From Nageia nagi (Eukaryota > Plantae > Pinophyta): 64,000 bases of DNA. The notes under the pieces are model-generated. The model was given only the letters and a program-made list of their open reading frames with translations, did no database searches and was not told where the DNA came from. Below, in pieces: positions 1 through 14,690 of this stretch; position 1 is the stretch's first letter, and each line of letters starts with the position of its first letter. The stretch covers positions 185,566,001-185,630,000 of the forward strand of contig JBITNC010000001.1 in assembly GCA_050084985.1 (NCBI GenBank). The letters are read 5' to 3'. Made by a program: the position numbers and the translations under genes.

Positions 1-2081
1 CTTTTTGATGTTTTTCCAATTGATTAATATCTTCTTCTATCACCTTATGACTAATGACATATGTACAAACACCTATTTCTTTGTATAACTACATAGTATC
101 CTTTTCTTCTTCATATTCCTTACTATTGTCATCATTTTACTCATGAATTTTGATATTTTGGTATGGGAGTATGGTGTTCCTAACTTATGCAATAATGTTT
201 GGATTCTCATCCACTTCTTCCACTACATATTCCTATCCATCATGATTAAATTTGATTAATTTATGTAATGTAAACAATACGCACCTTATAGGATGTATCC
301 ATGGTTTCCCTAGAAGGATGTCATAAAGAAGCTTTGTATCTAGAACATAGGTCAAATGTCCCATTGTATTTGGTCCCAATTGAATAGGTATAATGATATG
401 TCCAACACATGCTTTCTCTCACTATCATAACCTATGATCTTGTACTTACTTCATAGAAATTTTGGCATAAATTTATCCCTAAATATTTTAATGAAATAAA
501 TAGAATAAATGTTCAAACCTGGACCATTATCTACAAATGCATGATTGAGTATTTTTCCTAGTAGCTTTACATATATATGAATTGGCAAGCATTTTCAATG
601 ATATCATCATTGGGAATTTCATCATTAGTAAATGTGATTGCATTCTTGAAGAAAATTATCATTCCCACCAAAGATCTAGTAGAAATATTTATGTCAACAT
701 CAATGACACTAAGAAGCTCAAACAATGCTAGCTTATGCTCTTCATAGGTCTCAAATAACGCAAGTAAACTTATTTTATAATTTGCATTTTTAATATTTTG
801 TAATATGTTCTTTTTGCATTTATCCTTATTCTTTTGTTGAAGAGAATATGTATGAGGTACCTCTTTTGAAGAAGAAATTGGGTTAGGAATACCTTTCTTT
901 GACCTTGTGGAAGCATTGCATGTTTGTTCCAATTTTGGACCTATATTTGAATATACCTTTAAATTAATTCATCATCAAACTCAATAGGTTCACTATTATC
1001 ATCATAAATAATTATACTGACCTTGTTAACTGAAGGTAAATCTTGATTTTTGACTTTGAGCATATTATTTTCATATGAGACTATACCACTATCCAACAAG
1101 TATTTTAATTTCTTCCTTAGAACATAGCAACCTATTGCATTATGTCCTTTGATTTCATGATATTTGTAAAATTGATTTTCCCTATACTAATGAGGATTCT
1201 CATCATTAGGTCCATATTCTTTTCCTTGAATTTATTTGATTAAACCCATGTCTAAATAATCTTCAAACATTTGGATACATGTAATGGATACACATATTTG
1301 GATAATTTTCTATCCTTAGGTTTTTCTTGATGAGTTGGCTCAACAAAATTGATTGAATTAGCATCATTTTTGTTATAGGGATTCCTACCATTATCTTTGT
1401 TTGGGGAGGATGATGTATACTTGAGAAAACTAGATCTTACTAAGAATTCTTCTTTCTCAATAAGCAGATGAACCATATGCATAAATGAATCATTAACATG
1501 CTCAAGACCTTTTCCACTAATAATAGGATGAATTTTTTCAAGGAATATATTTTCAATGAAGCTTTCTTCCACCCTTTTTTCAATATATATCCAAAGCTTT
1601 ATGAATCGAGGAGCAAATGTATCTAACCTCTTCATTTGGCCTTACCTATAATAGATCAAGTTTATCAAATCTATTGGTTTCTTTACATCACATATAAAGT
1701 GAGATTTGAAATGATACTTAAACTACTAATAATATGTTATATAACCTAGTTCCAAGCTATGAAACCACTTTCAAGGTTCTCTGATTAAACTCATGAGAAA
1801 ATATTTTTCTTTTAAGTTCTCATTGATACCACACTTAAGCTCTATAATATATTCAAAACCTTGAATATGAGTAATAGGATTGGTTCACCATTATTTTTTT
1901 TGAAATTAGGATCCTTATCTATATCAACAAGGAGTATATTGCAAATATCCATGCTCAATGGGTTACCCTTATTTTCTATTCAATCTAGATGAACCTTGAA
2001 CTTACTCCTGAGCTGTGCAACCTTATACTTGAGATGTTTAAAATCTTCATGAGTGAAGGTTCCTAAATTGGATGTAGTTTT

Positions 2082-2214
2082 CATAGTATAATATGTTCTA
2101 AACCTAATTTAAAGAAAGAAAATACTATATAATATGAGAACTAATATGTTTATATGTGTTTTAAACATAGTGTAATATGTTCTAAACCTAATTTAAAGAA
2201 AGAAAATACTATAT
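2082..2214. repeat. ~49-bp direct duplication, period 84 bp
   Basis: CATAGT(A/G)TAATATGTTCTAAACCTAATTTAAAGAAAGAAAATACTATAT at 2082-2130 and 2166-2214. Confidence 0.9.
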
Positions 2215-2309
2215 GTTTACCTCTAAATAAACTAAAAGCACATATACATTTAATTACATGATAAACCTAAGCTAATTAACTTAAATAAATATACATGAAT
2301 AAGGGAATT

Positions 2310-2993
2310 CAATAGTGCAATAATAGTAGAATAAAATTACAATGATGTCAAGATGTAAAACCCAACTACATGCACTAAAGAGAAAAGAATTGAGTGAAAG
2401 ATAAATACTTATGTATTATTACCTGTATCAAAGTTGAGGATATAATGAATGAACTTGTTGAATAATGGTGACTTTGCAATGTGATTCCCAAGGAAAAATG
2501 TAAAAGAAACACCAATGCAAGTGCAAGTCTTAGAGAGCTTAGCACAGGTATGAACCTCAACATGGGTACTAATGATTCTGAAGAATGAGATTCACCAATA
2601 AGAGTTGATGAAAATAGAGATGATAAGTTGAACTGAGCATATGATCATGAAAGTGGATGAAAGATATTCAATCAAGTGATAATAATATTCCAATCTTAAT
2701 AGATAACATTTATAAATCCTACATGTAGGGTACTAGCTATCAAGATGAAATCTTGAAATGATTTCTTCAAGTTAGAGATACTTACATTTATATTAGGTGT
2801 GATTCACCATTTGACCCCTTATGTGAAAGTAGTAGCCAACATGTTATACCTAACATAAAATATAAGAACACAACCTAAGAAATATGTGATCATAGGGTAA
2901 AATATGATTAAATATTACTAAATATGAATAAGACATGTATGTAAGTTGACTTAAGTAGGACCATATTTAGGGGAACTTTTTTAGGTTTCAACA
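2310..2993 (-). repeat. LTR-like segment shared with 58680-59354
   Basis: Colinear similarity to 58680-59354: AATAGTGCAATAATAG, CACTAAAGAGA, AGATAAATAC, CATATGATCATGAAA, CTAAGTAGG-like block, terminal TCAACA/TCAATA. Left boundary not resolved. Confidence 0.65.
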
Positions 2994-3116
2994 CAAAGAA
3001 TGGAAAATAAACAAAATCTAACAATGCATGATGGCATCTTAAAGAGGTTATAATATATGGAACTTAAGATCAATAGTCAAAGTAAAAGCAAGATGTTGTA
3101 TCATTTAATTATCAAT

Positions 3117-3831
3117 TGTTAGGTTTTAACTATAAAATAAAATAGTTTTTCTTGAGAAATATTTAAACTTGAATAAGAAATACAATACCAAATAAGAAAA
3201 TAGCAAATAAACCAAGCACACAAGGATAAGAGATAAGGTTTTTCACATGGTTCAATCGATGTGAGCTACATCCACCAAGAAGCTATCAATCCTTGATTCA
3301 CTATAAATCATACAAGTCCTCCAAGAGTCATACTAGTAGCATAACCTTGCTACAAAATCTCTCTTTGAATTGCAAAAGATTCTCACTACAAACTCTCCAT
3401 CTCTCTCTAACCTATCTTGCACCAACTACATAATCTCACATGAATCCTAGATTACATCCATAAGTCCCAAACCAAGACCATCTATTTATAAGCAAGTTAC
3501 CATTCACATTTTAAATGTAAGTGGTAAAATAATCTATGACATAATGTTCCATACTGATTATAATCTCTAAGGATAAAATTATGGCTTGATGAGGCATAAT
3601 CTTGACTTCGCAAAATGGATTACAACATCCTCTATTTCCTAATCGACCTACATCAAATCGACTATCATTTTGATATCAATCCCATGAATAAAAACTATAG
3701 GCCTATGTTGAATGAAATACCAACTACATGATCAATTTTCCAATCCCCTAGATCATCCCTCCAAGATTTGATAAAAAATAGAGTCTCCAAAATATAAACT
3801 TTAGTCCATGTATCAAGCTCCAAACCCAATA
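3117..3831 (-). repeat. 3' LTR of the Copia gag-protease element
   Basis: TGTTAGG...CCCAATA; colinear with 17278-17998; adjacent PPT. Confidence 0.88.
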
Positions 3832-4499
3832 ATCTCCCACTTAGAGATTGATATTATATTAGCCTCTTAATTTATGAGACTAATTGAAATTTAGACATAT
3901 CCTAAGTTCTCCTTTTCCTTATGAACACAACCATCATGTACATCATCCATGCCTGTAAGTGATTTGTAGTCCTCAAGCTCCCACTCTTTCTTAGATTTTT
4001 CTTGCATTTTTGGTACCCATACTTTATATATTTACTCTTAAAGCACCTTTTCCAACCTTTCTCAACCCCACTTGGAATTTCATTCCAACCTTACCATGAC
4101 CTTTCTTGAAATTTCCACCTATAGAGGCTAAGTACATAACATTGTTAGAAGCATTAGCAAGCAAATAAGGAGAGACAACCATATCTCCTCTAGCAATACT
4201 TATAGAATGTTTAGATACTTTCCAAGTCTTATTATCAAATGCAACTATTGAATAAGATGTGGTAATTTAATACATGTACCTATGTATCAAATTCACCATA
4301 ATAATTTTGTTGATACAATTTTTATTGCTAAAAATTAATATCTAGAGAAGGTTGACTCTTTTCTTGATTGGACTAACCAAATGAAAATTACAAAAGCAAA
4401 TGATGCATGAAAATAAAATTACAGGGATAAAGCAAATCTAAACTACTATGTTAGGAGTGCAAGTAAGCAAATCAAATAAATATAAAACTTACTATCAAA

Positions 4500-7400
4500 T
4501 TATATGAAATGGTACCTTAGGTTGCTCCATCTTTTGGTGTATCCTTTAGCAAAATTGCTAAGGCTACAAATTATTCTTCATTAGATGACATACCTGACTC
4601 CTAGATAAGCATGGATAATGAAACAAAATGGTTTATAAACTTTAAATTGATATTTTATCTAATCCTTGTAAACTCTACATTCCATTTCTCTACCTTTATC
4701 ATTTATTGGGAAAACTTGGAGAACTTATCATCAAATTTTTTCTTTATCTAATCAATAAGACTATCATCTGATTTTTGCATTGCATCATAGAATGCCTTCA
4801 TATTATCTAATGTATATATAGTTTTATCTCCCTTGTATAGGGGAGGAATATTATTTATATCAAAAATCATCAAGGTTCCATTCAACTTATTTATCTCTAG
4901 CATGAGTGATTTCATACATTTATGCATACACAATATCAGCTCATGAACATGAGTGATCTTTTATGATATTGCCAAAATATTATCATGGGAGCTATCAATA
5001 ATCTAAAATATCCTTTTGATTCATTATCTTGATGAATTCTATATTTTTCATATAATTTTACAACTCTACTCTTTAGAATAAAAATAACTTTATATTCTTC
5101 TATCTTTTTCTCACAATATAATACATACTCCTAGATTGAATTTAATAGACTCAAAATTGAAATAAAATTACCCAATATCTAGCTTTGATATTCTTCAACG
5201 TCTCTATAGGTAAGCCTTACTTGATGGGTACCTATACATATTGGTATAGAGTCCTCTCTTTATTCTTCAACTTTTCTCTTAGCGTTGCCTTTATTTTTGC
5301 AAAATTTTCCATTTCTACTTTTATATTTGCATCCTTCTTAACATTGGTGTCTTGCAAGGCTTTTAGGTCTTCTTTGAGTTTTTTCTTCTCATCTCTTAGA
5401 GATTTGTACTCTAATTATTTATTCTTTAAGAAGGCCTTTAAAGAATCAATCTTGAGCTTAAAATCTTTAATTCAACCATTTTTCATGGTGAGATCTACAC
5501 CTTTGGCTTTTAAATTTTCTCCCCTTTCTTCTATCACTTTGGCCAACTTTGAAGACTTTGCTACTTCCTATAGCTATTGAATCTATATATTCAAAACATT
5601 TTTTTAAGTTTGATGATGTTTCTCCTTCTTAATGATCATAGATTATTGTTTCTCTAATTTATGTACCTTCCATTAGAGTCATCTGTATCCTCATTATATT
5701 TCTCTTATCCATTCACTTGATTTTATTTGACCTTAACTATATGAATATGCCTTTACAATAATCTTGCTTTTTAGATTTTGCATCAAGTTGTATTGTAGAA
5801 ATATCTAACACCTATTTTTGGATGTATACAATAGTATCTAGGTGGATTTGACCTTGAAGTTTCTACTATTTATGATGCTTCTTGAACCACTCCTTGTTTG
5901 ATTTATCGATGTCACTATAATTAGTGAGATGAAAAGAAGAATCTATTTTCTTAATAGAAATAAGAGGAATCACTGCTACTAAAATATCCTCCACATCATC
6001 AAAATTTTCACCTATTGGAATTACATGCTATGGGATCATTGGAACTATGTGTTATGGGGAGGGAGTATCCTAAATTAGCTCTAGTATTTATTCCTTTTTT
6101 GCTTGTGTCTTCGAAATAACTTTATTCTTCTTTTGAGTTGGGGAGCTCTCACCTTTTTAAGGTGTTTCCTTAGGAGTGGGTATTTTTATATGGCTACTCC
6201 ATATTTTAATAACTCTATATGGTTGAGTGGAATTAGAATATTCTCTCTAACCATCATCTAACTTTTTGGTAACTGGCTCATCACTCTCTATAGTTGATCC
6301 TTGTAGAATCATTTTCTGATGCTAAGGATTCCATGAAGGATTTTCATCCTTCTTGGTCCTTTCATAGGTTTTCTTTGGGGATTAGGCTTTTCTTTTCTAG
6401 CTGATCTTCTATTTTGTAGGAGGTTTTTCTTTCTCCAAATACATAGATAAAGTAGCATCCTTCTTCTCTTGCTCTTTCTTTTTCTATTCATCCTCTTTAG
6501 CAAGCCTTTTCTTAAGCTCCTTCACGTATGTACTGTATTTATTGGATACAACCTTATCATCAATCCATACTATATCACTAGTCTTCATGGAGGTTGTGAG
6601 TAGCTTATGCTCAAGCATGATATCTTGCTTTTATATATATTTTTTTAATAAGGCTTGTTCTTCAGTATTCATTTGGCCCTTTCCTTTCATGGCCTATAGA
6701 ATTTTATCCACCATTATACCCTTTTTCTTTTTAAGGTATGTCTAGTTGCAACATACTCCTTATCATAGGCATATAATAATACCTTATCTTGTTTACAACT
6801 CCATGTCAATTATTTATGTTTACTTTTGACTTGGTACTATCCAAAACACTTTCTTTTGTATTTTGACAATTTAGAATTATTAAGAATTTTCTAAAGAGCC
6901 TTGGGCAAACTAGTATCTCTATTAGAAGAAGAGGAATATTTAATCCAGATGCTATAGTTTTTCCTCCATATGGAAATGCATGAAGTATCAAGAAAATAAT
7001 TTGGCAAAAATGGCCCATCATCAAAGTTATTTATGAAATTTTCAAATTTGTCTATAAAACATCTGACAAAATTGGAAGCTTTTGAATTAACTATATTCAA
7101 GTGAGTTGTGAACACTCCCAAAGGATCATAAGGCTAGAAAACTAAAATTTTCTCTAGCTCTAACTATTGCATCTTTGTTGTTAAATATTCCCAACAAAAT
7201 TTGTTGAAGGCTTGAATTGAGTCAAATCCTAGGGAATATGTATAGAATATTTTTTTCCCTTAGGGACTCCCCATGATGTTTCAACATAATCTTCTTTCCT
7301 TATGACCTCAATAGTAAAAGCCTAGTTTGAAAAAAAGAATGGTAATTTCATGGGCTTATCATAGAATCCATTTAATATAATAATTATATAGTTTTCTATG

Positions 7401-7920
7401 AGATAATAATCACCTTTCCTAAATTTTTCTTACTTCAAATTTGAAGTTATTGACTTGGATATCCTAGGATAAGTTGTGCAAAAAATGAAATTGAGAGTAA
7501 GGAATAGAAAATATCTCACAAAATTATAATAGGAGCCATTTACATTGAGCATCTTTGTCCACTCATCTACCATTTGGGGATCTCCATCATCATATACCTG
7601 AGATAACTATAGGTTTAGGAAGGCCTTTAGATGTTGGTGAAGTAGTAGACAATAAAGTAAATAAGAATAGTGATACTAATTCAATCTATCCTTATTTGCA
7701 AGCCTCACAACCAATTTGTTTTTGACCATATTGTACCAATCCTAATGGTATTGAGTGTGATTTTTAATAGTCTAGAATGCCATGGTGATATGCTTTGGAT
7801 GCATAATGCATATGTCCTTATCACCACACAACACCATGATCATGATGAGGATTTGAGATAAATTAGGTTTGAACCCTAAAATCCCATAAAAATTCTTCTT
7901 TTCCATAGTGGGACTTAGCA
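4500..7920 (-). pseudogene. Decayed long extra ORF downstream of integrase, Lys/Glu-rich, function unknown
   Basis: Protein-like minus-strand fragments (6891-7121, 6309-6503, 4748-4933) with a purine-rich coding bias over ~3.4 kb inside the element. Confidence 0.6.
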
Positions 7921-8619
7921 AAAAAGGCTTCAACTAGTCCAAGGGGTATTTTTCTCTATCTTTTGTAGCCACCTTCACACTAGGCTAGGTTTTGATAAAT
8001 CAAGTTGAAAAAGAGCTTTGTACATGGAAAATCATATTAAGTGAAGGATCATGATCACTTCCTTGCAATTTGAAATATTTTGGGAATTTACCTTAGTGAA
8101 GGGGGCTAGGGCTTTGATTAGATTTAGATAGGGGTGACACCTCTCCTATAAAAAGGGATAATAAAATTAGTTTTACATAGTAGATCCCATAAGGTGTTAT
8201 ATTTGATTTTATTAGCTTAAAAGGGTTTTACCTTTAGATCTATGTGGTTTTCTAACAAATTTGTATCAAAGAAATTCTCATTCATATCACTTACTATGCT
8301 TTAGGGGCCTAAGGACTTACCCATTTTGATAGAAATTTATGGATGCAAGCTAGAAAAATTGGAATCAAAAGTAGAAATTGCTAAAACCTCTAAAAATTGT
8401 AAGCTCATGATGACTAAAAAATATGAAGGTATAAATGGCTAAGGCACAAAATTCAAATGGGCTTAAAAATTGTACGATGGGAAAACTAAAATTTAAAATA
8501 CATAAAATATATACAAATAATACACTTACATGTTTAACAAGAAGTATAAAACTTCAAATGCTAGCTATTGATCATGAGAAAAAGGATATAACCATTTAAC
8601 CACTCCAAATTGAATGCAT

Positions 8620-11600
8620 TTTTCTATATTTCTTGAACAATGGTATATGGAATAGACCACAAAGAATCAAACTTGTGATAGCATTTGGGTTTAGCTTGAT
8701 CCTCATCCCATTTAAGAACCAAATCTACAAGATTGAAAGAAATATCAGATGCATACCTCTTATCAAACCATCTCTTCATGACACTATTTATCTTATAAAT
8801 GTTTTTGTATAAATTCTCTTGGAGTTTATCCAAGTAGATAAAGAAGATTGAACATCCTCATTTGCAATGGATTTGCATCATTCATCTCATATTGATTAAG
8901 TAGCTAAAAGTAGGAAACTCAATATGAGATGGTAATATAGCTCATTTCCTATATATTAGAACTTAAGAAAATTTTTTGATGGATGACTAGTAGGTGATCC
9001 AGTCTACCCATAATGCCAAGTCAAACCTCTTATCCTAGTCTTTTTGATTTTAATCTACTATCCTCTTTAGGATTCTCAATAAATTTTTATTCATTGACTT
9101 AAGTAATCCATTACCTTGAGGGTAACAATTGGAATAATTTTTCTAGTAAATACTATATTTGAGAGCAAACTTTTAAAACTTAGCTCTTAAACATGTCAAA
9201 CCATTGTATGATATAATAGTTTGTGGGATACCAAACCTTGTTATAATGCTCTCCATGATAGATATGATTATGTATTGATCTTATTGTTTGGTAGTATAAT
9301 ATTTTTTCCATCTTGGGAAATAGCCTATATTTATTAGGATGAATTTATTTCCAACTGAGGACATTGGATTGATTATACCAATAAAATCAAGGCTCCATTG
9401 GTAGAAAGGCTCTTATGTAGTAATAGGCTATAAGGGAATGGATGACATTCTTCTTCTTCCCACTAATATATGACATTTATCACATTATTTGGTAATATGA
9501 AATGAATTTATGTATAAGGAAGGATAAAAAAATCTACTTGTAAAGTTTTACAGTAGTGGTATATCTTGAGTAGTTTCCTCAAAAGAAACCTAAATAAAAC
9601 TCTTTAAGATCCTCTTTAACCTTATCCTGATGAATGCATCTCAATAACATCCCATCATGATTTTTTCTTTATAGTACATAATATATCATGCAATAGTTGA
9701 GAGAATTTAATATAAATATCCTCCTTTAACAAGCATTGAGCTCAGATGGTAATCTACCACTATCAAAGTATATACAAGGTTGAGTTATCTAATTACTTGA
9801 TTCTGCTAAAAATTCCAAAAGTTCTCTATCTTCATCTTCTACTATGATAATCATGATGTGGTCAAAGATGTGATCTTCAAATAATTGTTTACAAATAGCT
9901 CTTCCATTAACTACTTTAGTAGGATATATCTCAACATTATATTGTAGGATCTTTGTGATCCATCTAGCTCTACTAGAATCCATTTCACCTTACATAATAT
10001 AACTCCTAACATCTAGGTGGATGTATGATCTTATTGTGGGAAATATAATGCTTGAACTTGTTAAGGTATTTCATAATAGTGAATACCTATTTTTTAATAA
10101 ATTCATATCTTTTTTTATCTCCATTCAAGGTATGGCTGAAAAAGGCTATAGGGTGTTCATCAAAATTATCTTCCTTTTATGTTAGAATTGTAATAATACT
10201 CCTTTTTGTTCCATATGCATACAAGATAAAGTCCTTTGAGAAGTCAAGATTCCTTAATATTGGAGCAAACATAATAACATATTTTATCTATTCAAAAGCC
10301 TTACCTCACTCTACTATCCACTTAAATGGGATATTATCTTTTATTAGTTTTGTTATTAGTCGAACAATTTTGATAAAATCCTAAATGAACCTTCTTACAA
10401 AATTGATTTGAACCACAAAGGCTTGTAGCTTTTTAATGTTAGATAGGATGGTAAGCTTAGAAATAGCTTCCACTCTCTCCATATCAATGGAAAATTCATA
10501 TTTTGAAATGACACATCTAAGAAACTTTCTTTGATCCATAACAAAGATGGATTTCATTATATTTAATGAAATTTCAAATTCTTTGCACTTTTAGAAAGTT
10601 TATAGGATATGCTGCAAGTGATCATTTTTCTTCTTCAAAAAAACTATAACATCATATAAATATACAAAAATAGCCTTATTGATCAACTCTCTAAATTCAT
10701 GATTCATAACCCTTTTAAACCTTTCTCTGGTATTGGATAGACTAAATGGCATTAGTTGGAAAGTAAATTTATCCCTCTTTGTAGTGAATGTAATTTTATA
10801 TTAATCTTCATCTTTTACCCAAATATGGTTATACCTAGAGAATCCATAAATAAAAGAAAAGCATTCTACTCCTACAATAGTATGTAGAATTTATTCCATA
10901 GGAGGCAAAGGGTAATTATCTTTAAGTGAGGCTCTATTAAGATTCCAAAAATCTACATACAACCTAATATCTACATTCTTCTTAATAATTGGTACCAGAT
11001 TAGCCACCCAAGTAGAATTCTTGATGGGATATCTTTGCTTGAAATAAATTTTGAATATCTTGTTGCATTATAACCTCAATTTTAGGATTCATTAGCCTCT
11101 ATTTCCATTAGAAAATAATCACCCCTTCCTTCAACTCTATGGTGTAATGGATCACATCTCCATTGACCACCTTCAAATCATTATAGTTCCATGCCATTAT
11201 ACCAAAAACATCCTTCATGATCTCAACTATATCCAAAATATCTTTTGATGAGTTCTTTATTCCAATTTTTTAGAACTTTGTTAGGAGTTATTTCGAACTC
11301 TTTAAAGTTCTTGGGAGCAGCTAAAATTTTTTCTCTTCATAACTAATCATATTTATTGAAGATATTTTTGAATGAGATAATACCTTTGGGAAAGGTATTA
11401 TTTCTCAATTATAGTACATTTTCTTATCAAAATTCCTCAACTAGTGACTCCTAGCTATTTGGACATAACAATTGTATAACTAAGCAATCATTTATATCTT
11501 TATCACTATTGAAGACTTTCCAAAAATAGTCATTATTAGGGATAAAAGGCTTGAAAATCAGCTAGATCCCCTTTCTTCTTAGCCAATGATTGTTGGGATC

Positions 11601-14330
11601 AAAATTTGATCCTTTTTGAGCTAAGACATTAGCTTCAATATTTTGATCATAGAAATTTCAATGAAGTTAAGAGCATTAAAACTCTCCAATAATTTCCATA
11701 CTCTATTTTTGTATTTCTTGAGATAATGATGTCTAGCTAAGCACCTATTTATCACTTGGTTAATAACCAATTCTAAATCACCAAAAATGGTTAAATATGT
11801 TATCTTCAATTTATTTTATTATTATATCCCTATGCATATGGCTTCATATTTTGCTATATTATTTGTACAACTCCAAGTTAGGTGAAAGGAATTTCTCTTT
11901 GTTTCACCAAATGGGGACCTTAAAAAACCTTAACACCAACACCATTATTTAATTTTGCTCCATCAAAGGGCATTTTACATAACTCTTTTTTGCTTATTAA
12001 CTGAAGGGTAAGGGTCAAAAGATCAATGATCTCTTCAATAATTACATAATTCCCCATGCCCTTACTGCTAATTTGATTGATCATAAGTTCAAAAACTAAG
12101 TACACAAAATCTAATTCCATTTCAATATTATTTGTCAACAAATCCTACTCACTTATCATGTTAACTTTAGAGGTAGTTTTTTAGTGAGAAACCTTGCAAT
12201 AGGTTCATTGAAAACCTTAAACATTCTATTCTTTAAAGCAATAGTTATATGGGAATAATCCATGACTAAGTTCCCTCCTAATTTGAATGTAATATCCCTT
12301 GAAAAATACAAATAAAAACACAAGGGGAAGGTTTACAATTATAATACCTTAAGAAACTAATACTGCTAGATACTTGTGAAGTTTCATTAGGAAATATTTC
12401 ACTACACCAAGGGTTTTGCCATTAGTACCATCCAAATGGAGTATTCTAGGGGAACATATAGTGTAGGTTATTCCAATGACATTAGATACTTTTTTAGGCA
12501 TAATATTCATGGCTTCCCTTGAATTTATCATACCATTATGGATAATGTATCTTCCTAATTCAAGGGAAATGTAGAAAGAAGGAGGTCTATTTTTACCCAT
12601 ACATGGTAACTTTGTAGTTGCATCTAGAATGCAATTCAACCTACAATCTCCTTTAGTGTGAATCATAAGTGCTACCTTCAGCAAGTCAATCTATCTAGGA
12701 ATGTACAAGGCATCAAAGAGTGATGTTCTTGATGGTATGTTCTTCATCTCATCCATAATGTTGTATGGTGAAATGCAAGGAATATTATCTAGATATGTTT
12801 TTATAGGAATCAATTTCTTCTTCTCTTTGGGACCTTTTAAGATATGGGTATCTAAATCTCTTAGTTTCTTTCTCCCTTTCTTGGATCTCTAAAGAAGTAG
12901 AAGATTAGTAAACTAATTATTTTCTTAGAACATGCTTTTTAAAATTTTATCAATGGAAATAGATTTACCTATAGGCTTATTTGATGGTAACTTAGGAGGT
13001 GGAACTGATGGTGATTGAATGAGATTGATAGGAAAAGATTGTATATACCTTTGAGGTGAAAACTATATATCTATAAACATTATTTCAATCACTCAATTGG
13101 AAGATTCTAATAGAATTATAAAAATGGATTCTAATGTTGTTTCATCTACAAAGCAATCAATGTACCCCTCCATTAGATACTAACCTCATATAATGCTGAT
13201 AGATTGGGAAAGAATTTTTTACATGAGTATCATTACAAGCCCTACACCAATCTTGATTAGGAGGAGGGTTATACGCCTTTGGTGACATATAAAATTTATT
13301 AGTCCTAGGGAGATACCTTGGTTATGGTTATTTTTTTATCTCTAGTAGGTAAAGGATATCTCCTTTATTATCCTCAATCATCTCTACATTCATATCTCCA
13401 ATCATAATAGCCTTGTGTTTGGGCTATCCTCTATTCATATATCATTTGATTTGAAAAGTTCTTACCAAGGATTCCAACATAGCAATCTTCATTTGATTGG
13501 AATTCTCTTATTGCATGATACTAGTAGGAATAGGTGCAAGAAGTGCTAATTTTGAAATATGAACTGGTAAGGCAAGTTAGGGTTATAATGCTAATAAAGC
13601 AAGTTGAGGTTGGAATGCTGATAACTACAACAATGGTAACTAAGGGGTTATATTCACAAGTAGAGGAGGATAAGTTTATACTATAGGTTGCATGGAGGTG
13701 GGGGTGTAAATATGAGAGGTGCAAATACTCTAGTAGGAATTTTTCCTACTATAATAAGTGTATCTTCATCTTATAAACAAGCCTTGTAAATATCCAAATA
13801 TTATTGTTGTCTAGTCATCTGGATCCTAAAGGCTAGATCCAAAGTGTAAACTCTAAGATATCAAATCCATAGAAGAATGTTGCCTCACAACCAAAGGTAT
13901 TATAGCCCAAGACTTTGCAAATATAAGATTAAAATCAAAAATAGTCTCTATAGGATGCCTTTGAATAACAGTAAACTATCACAGCAAAGAGTAGGGGTCA
14001 CCAACCTCATTAAATTCTAAAATAAAAGGTTTTACAAGATGAGCCCATGTGGAAATGGAATTGGATGGAAGTGATTTGTACCAGTCCAAAACTCTATTAG
14101 AGAGAGACATGGTAAGAAATTTGAGCATCACATATTCATGGAATATGTTATGCTACATGGCCATTTCTACAATGTATTGATAATCTTCATAAGTGGTATT
14201 TCTAGTACCATCTTAGCTCTATAAGGCTTTGGCAACTTGCATTGGAATCTCATGAGGATTTGCAATTTAAAGTGCTTTAGAAGCATTCCATTATGAGTAA
14301 ATAAGGGGTGTAGTAGCTTGTTGAGCCATT
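8620..14330 (-). pseudogene. Decayed gag-pol polyprotein of the Tat element
   Basis: Domain motifs listed above, broken by many stops and frameshifts; ORF-track fragments 12349-12684, 11920-12141, 11621-11809, 9789-9983, 8624-8833. Confidence 0.9.
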
Positions 14331-14690
14331 TGAATGGTTTTATTGGATATATTCTTTCAGTTTCAAGGTGGAATGGAGTTTAATGTAGTGGGAGTCAAAA
14401 TATGAGTCAAATTTGTCAAGGATTTGGATTTTCTAACTAGAGTTTTAATAGATCTTGGAGGGATAACAACATTAGATAATTATTTGGTTTTCTTAGTTTT
14501 TGATCTTATTCTCATAATCAACAAAGAATAAAGGAGTGAATCTTGAAGTGAATTTTCTTGGGTTCAAATATTTATCAAGAAATATCAAATTTCATCCAAG
14601 TGGAGTCACCATCATGATACAAAGATCATGCACAATTTCATATAGGGTTGGAGATCATCCCATTGGGCATACCGTAAATAATTATAATAC

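Larger units (their letters stand above)
1..2993 (-). mobile_element. Degenerate Ty3/Gypsy (Tat/Ogre-like) element: putative 5' LTR, gag and protease; continues off the left edge
   Basis: Minus-strand peptides: gag-like ORF 1252-1635; decayed Zn-knuckle FYKYHEIKGHNAIGC (~1130-1172); NAITFTNDEIP (ORF 567-932); protease AFVDNGPGLN (~511-540, DNGSGLN-type); LLGKPWIHP (~290-316, LGRPWIH-type). The right end ...GGTTTCAACA at 2993 reads TGTTG on the minus strand. Confidence 0.8.

Noticed and set aside
60-125. G-patch motif after the protease
   Set aside because: Requires frameshifts and matches too few residues.
5185-5580. + strand hydrophobic 131-aa ORF as a membrane protein
   Set aside because: It is the antisense shadow of the Lys/Glu-rich minus-strand extra ORF.
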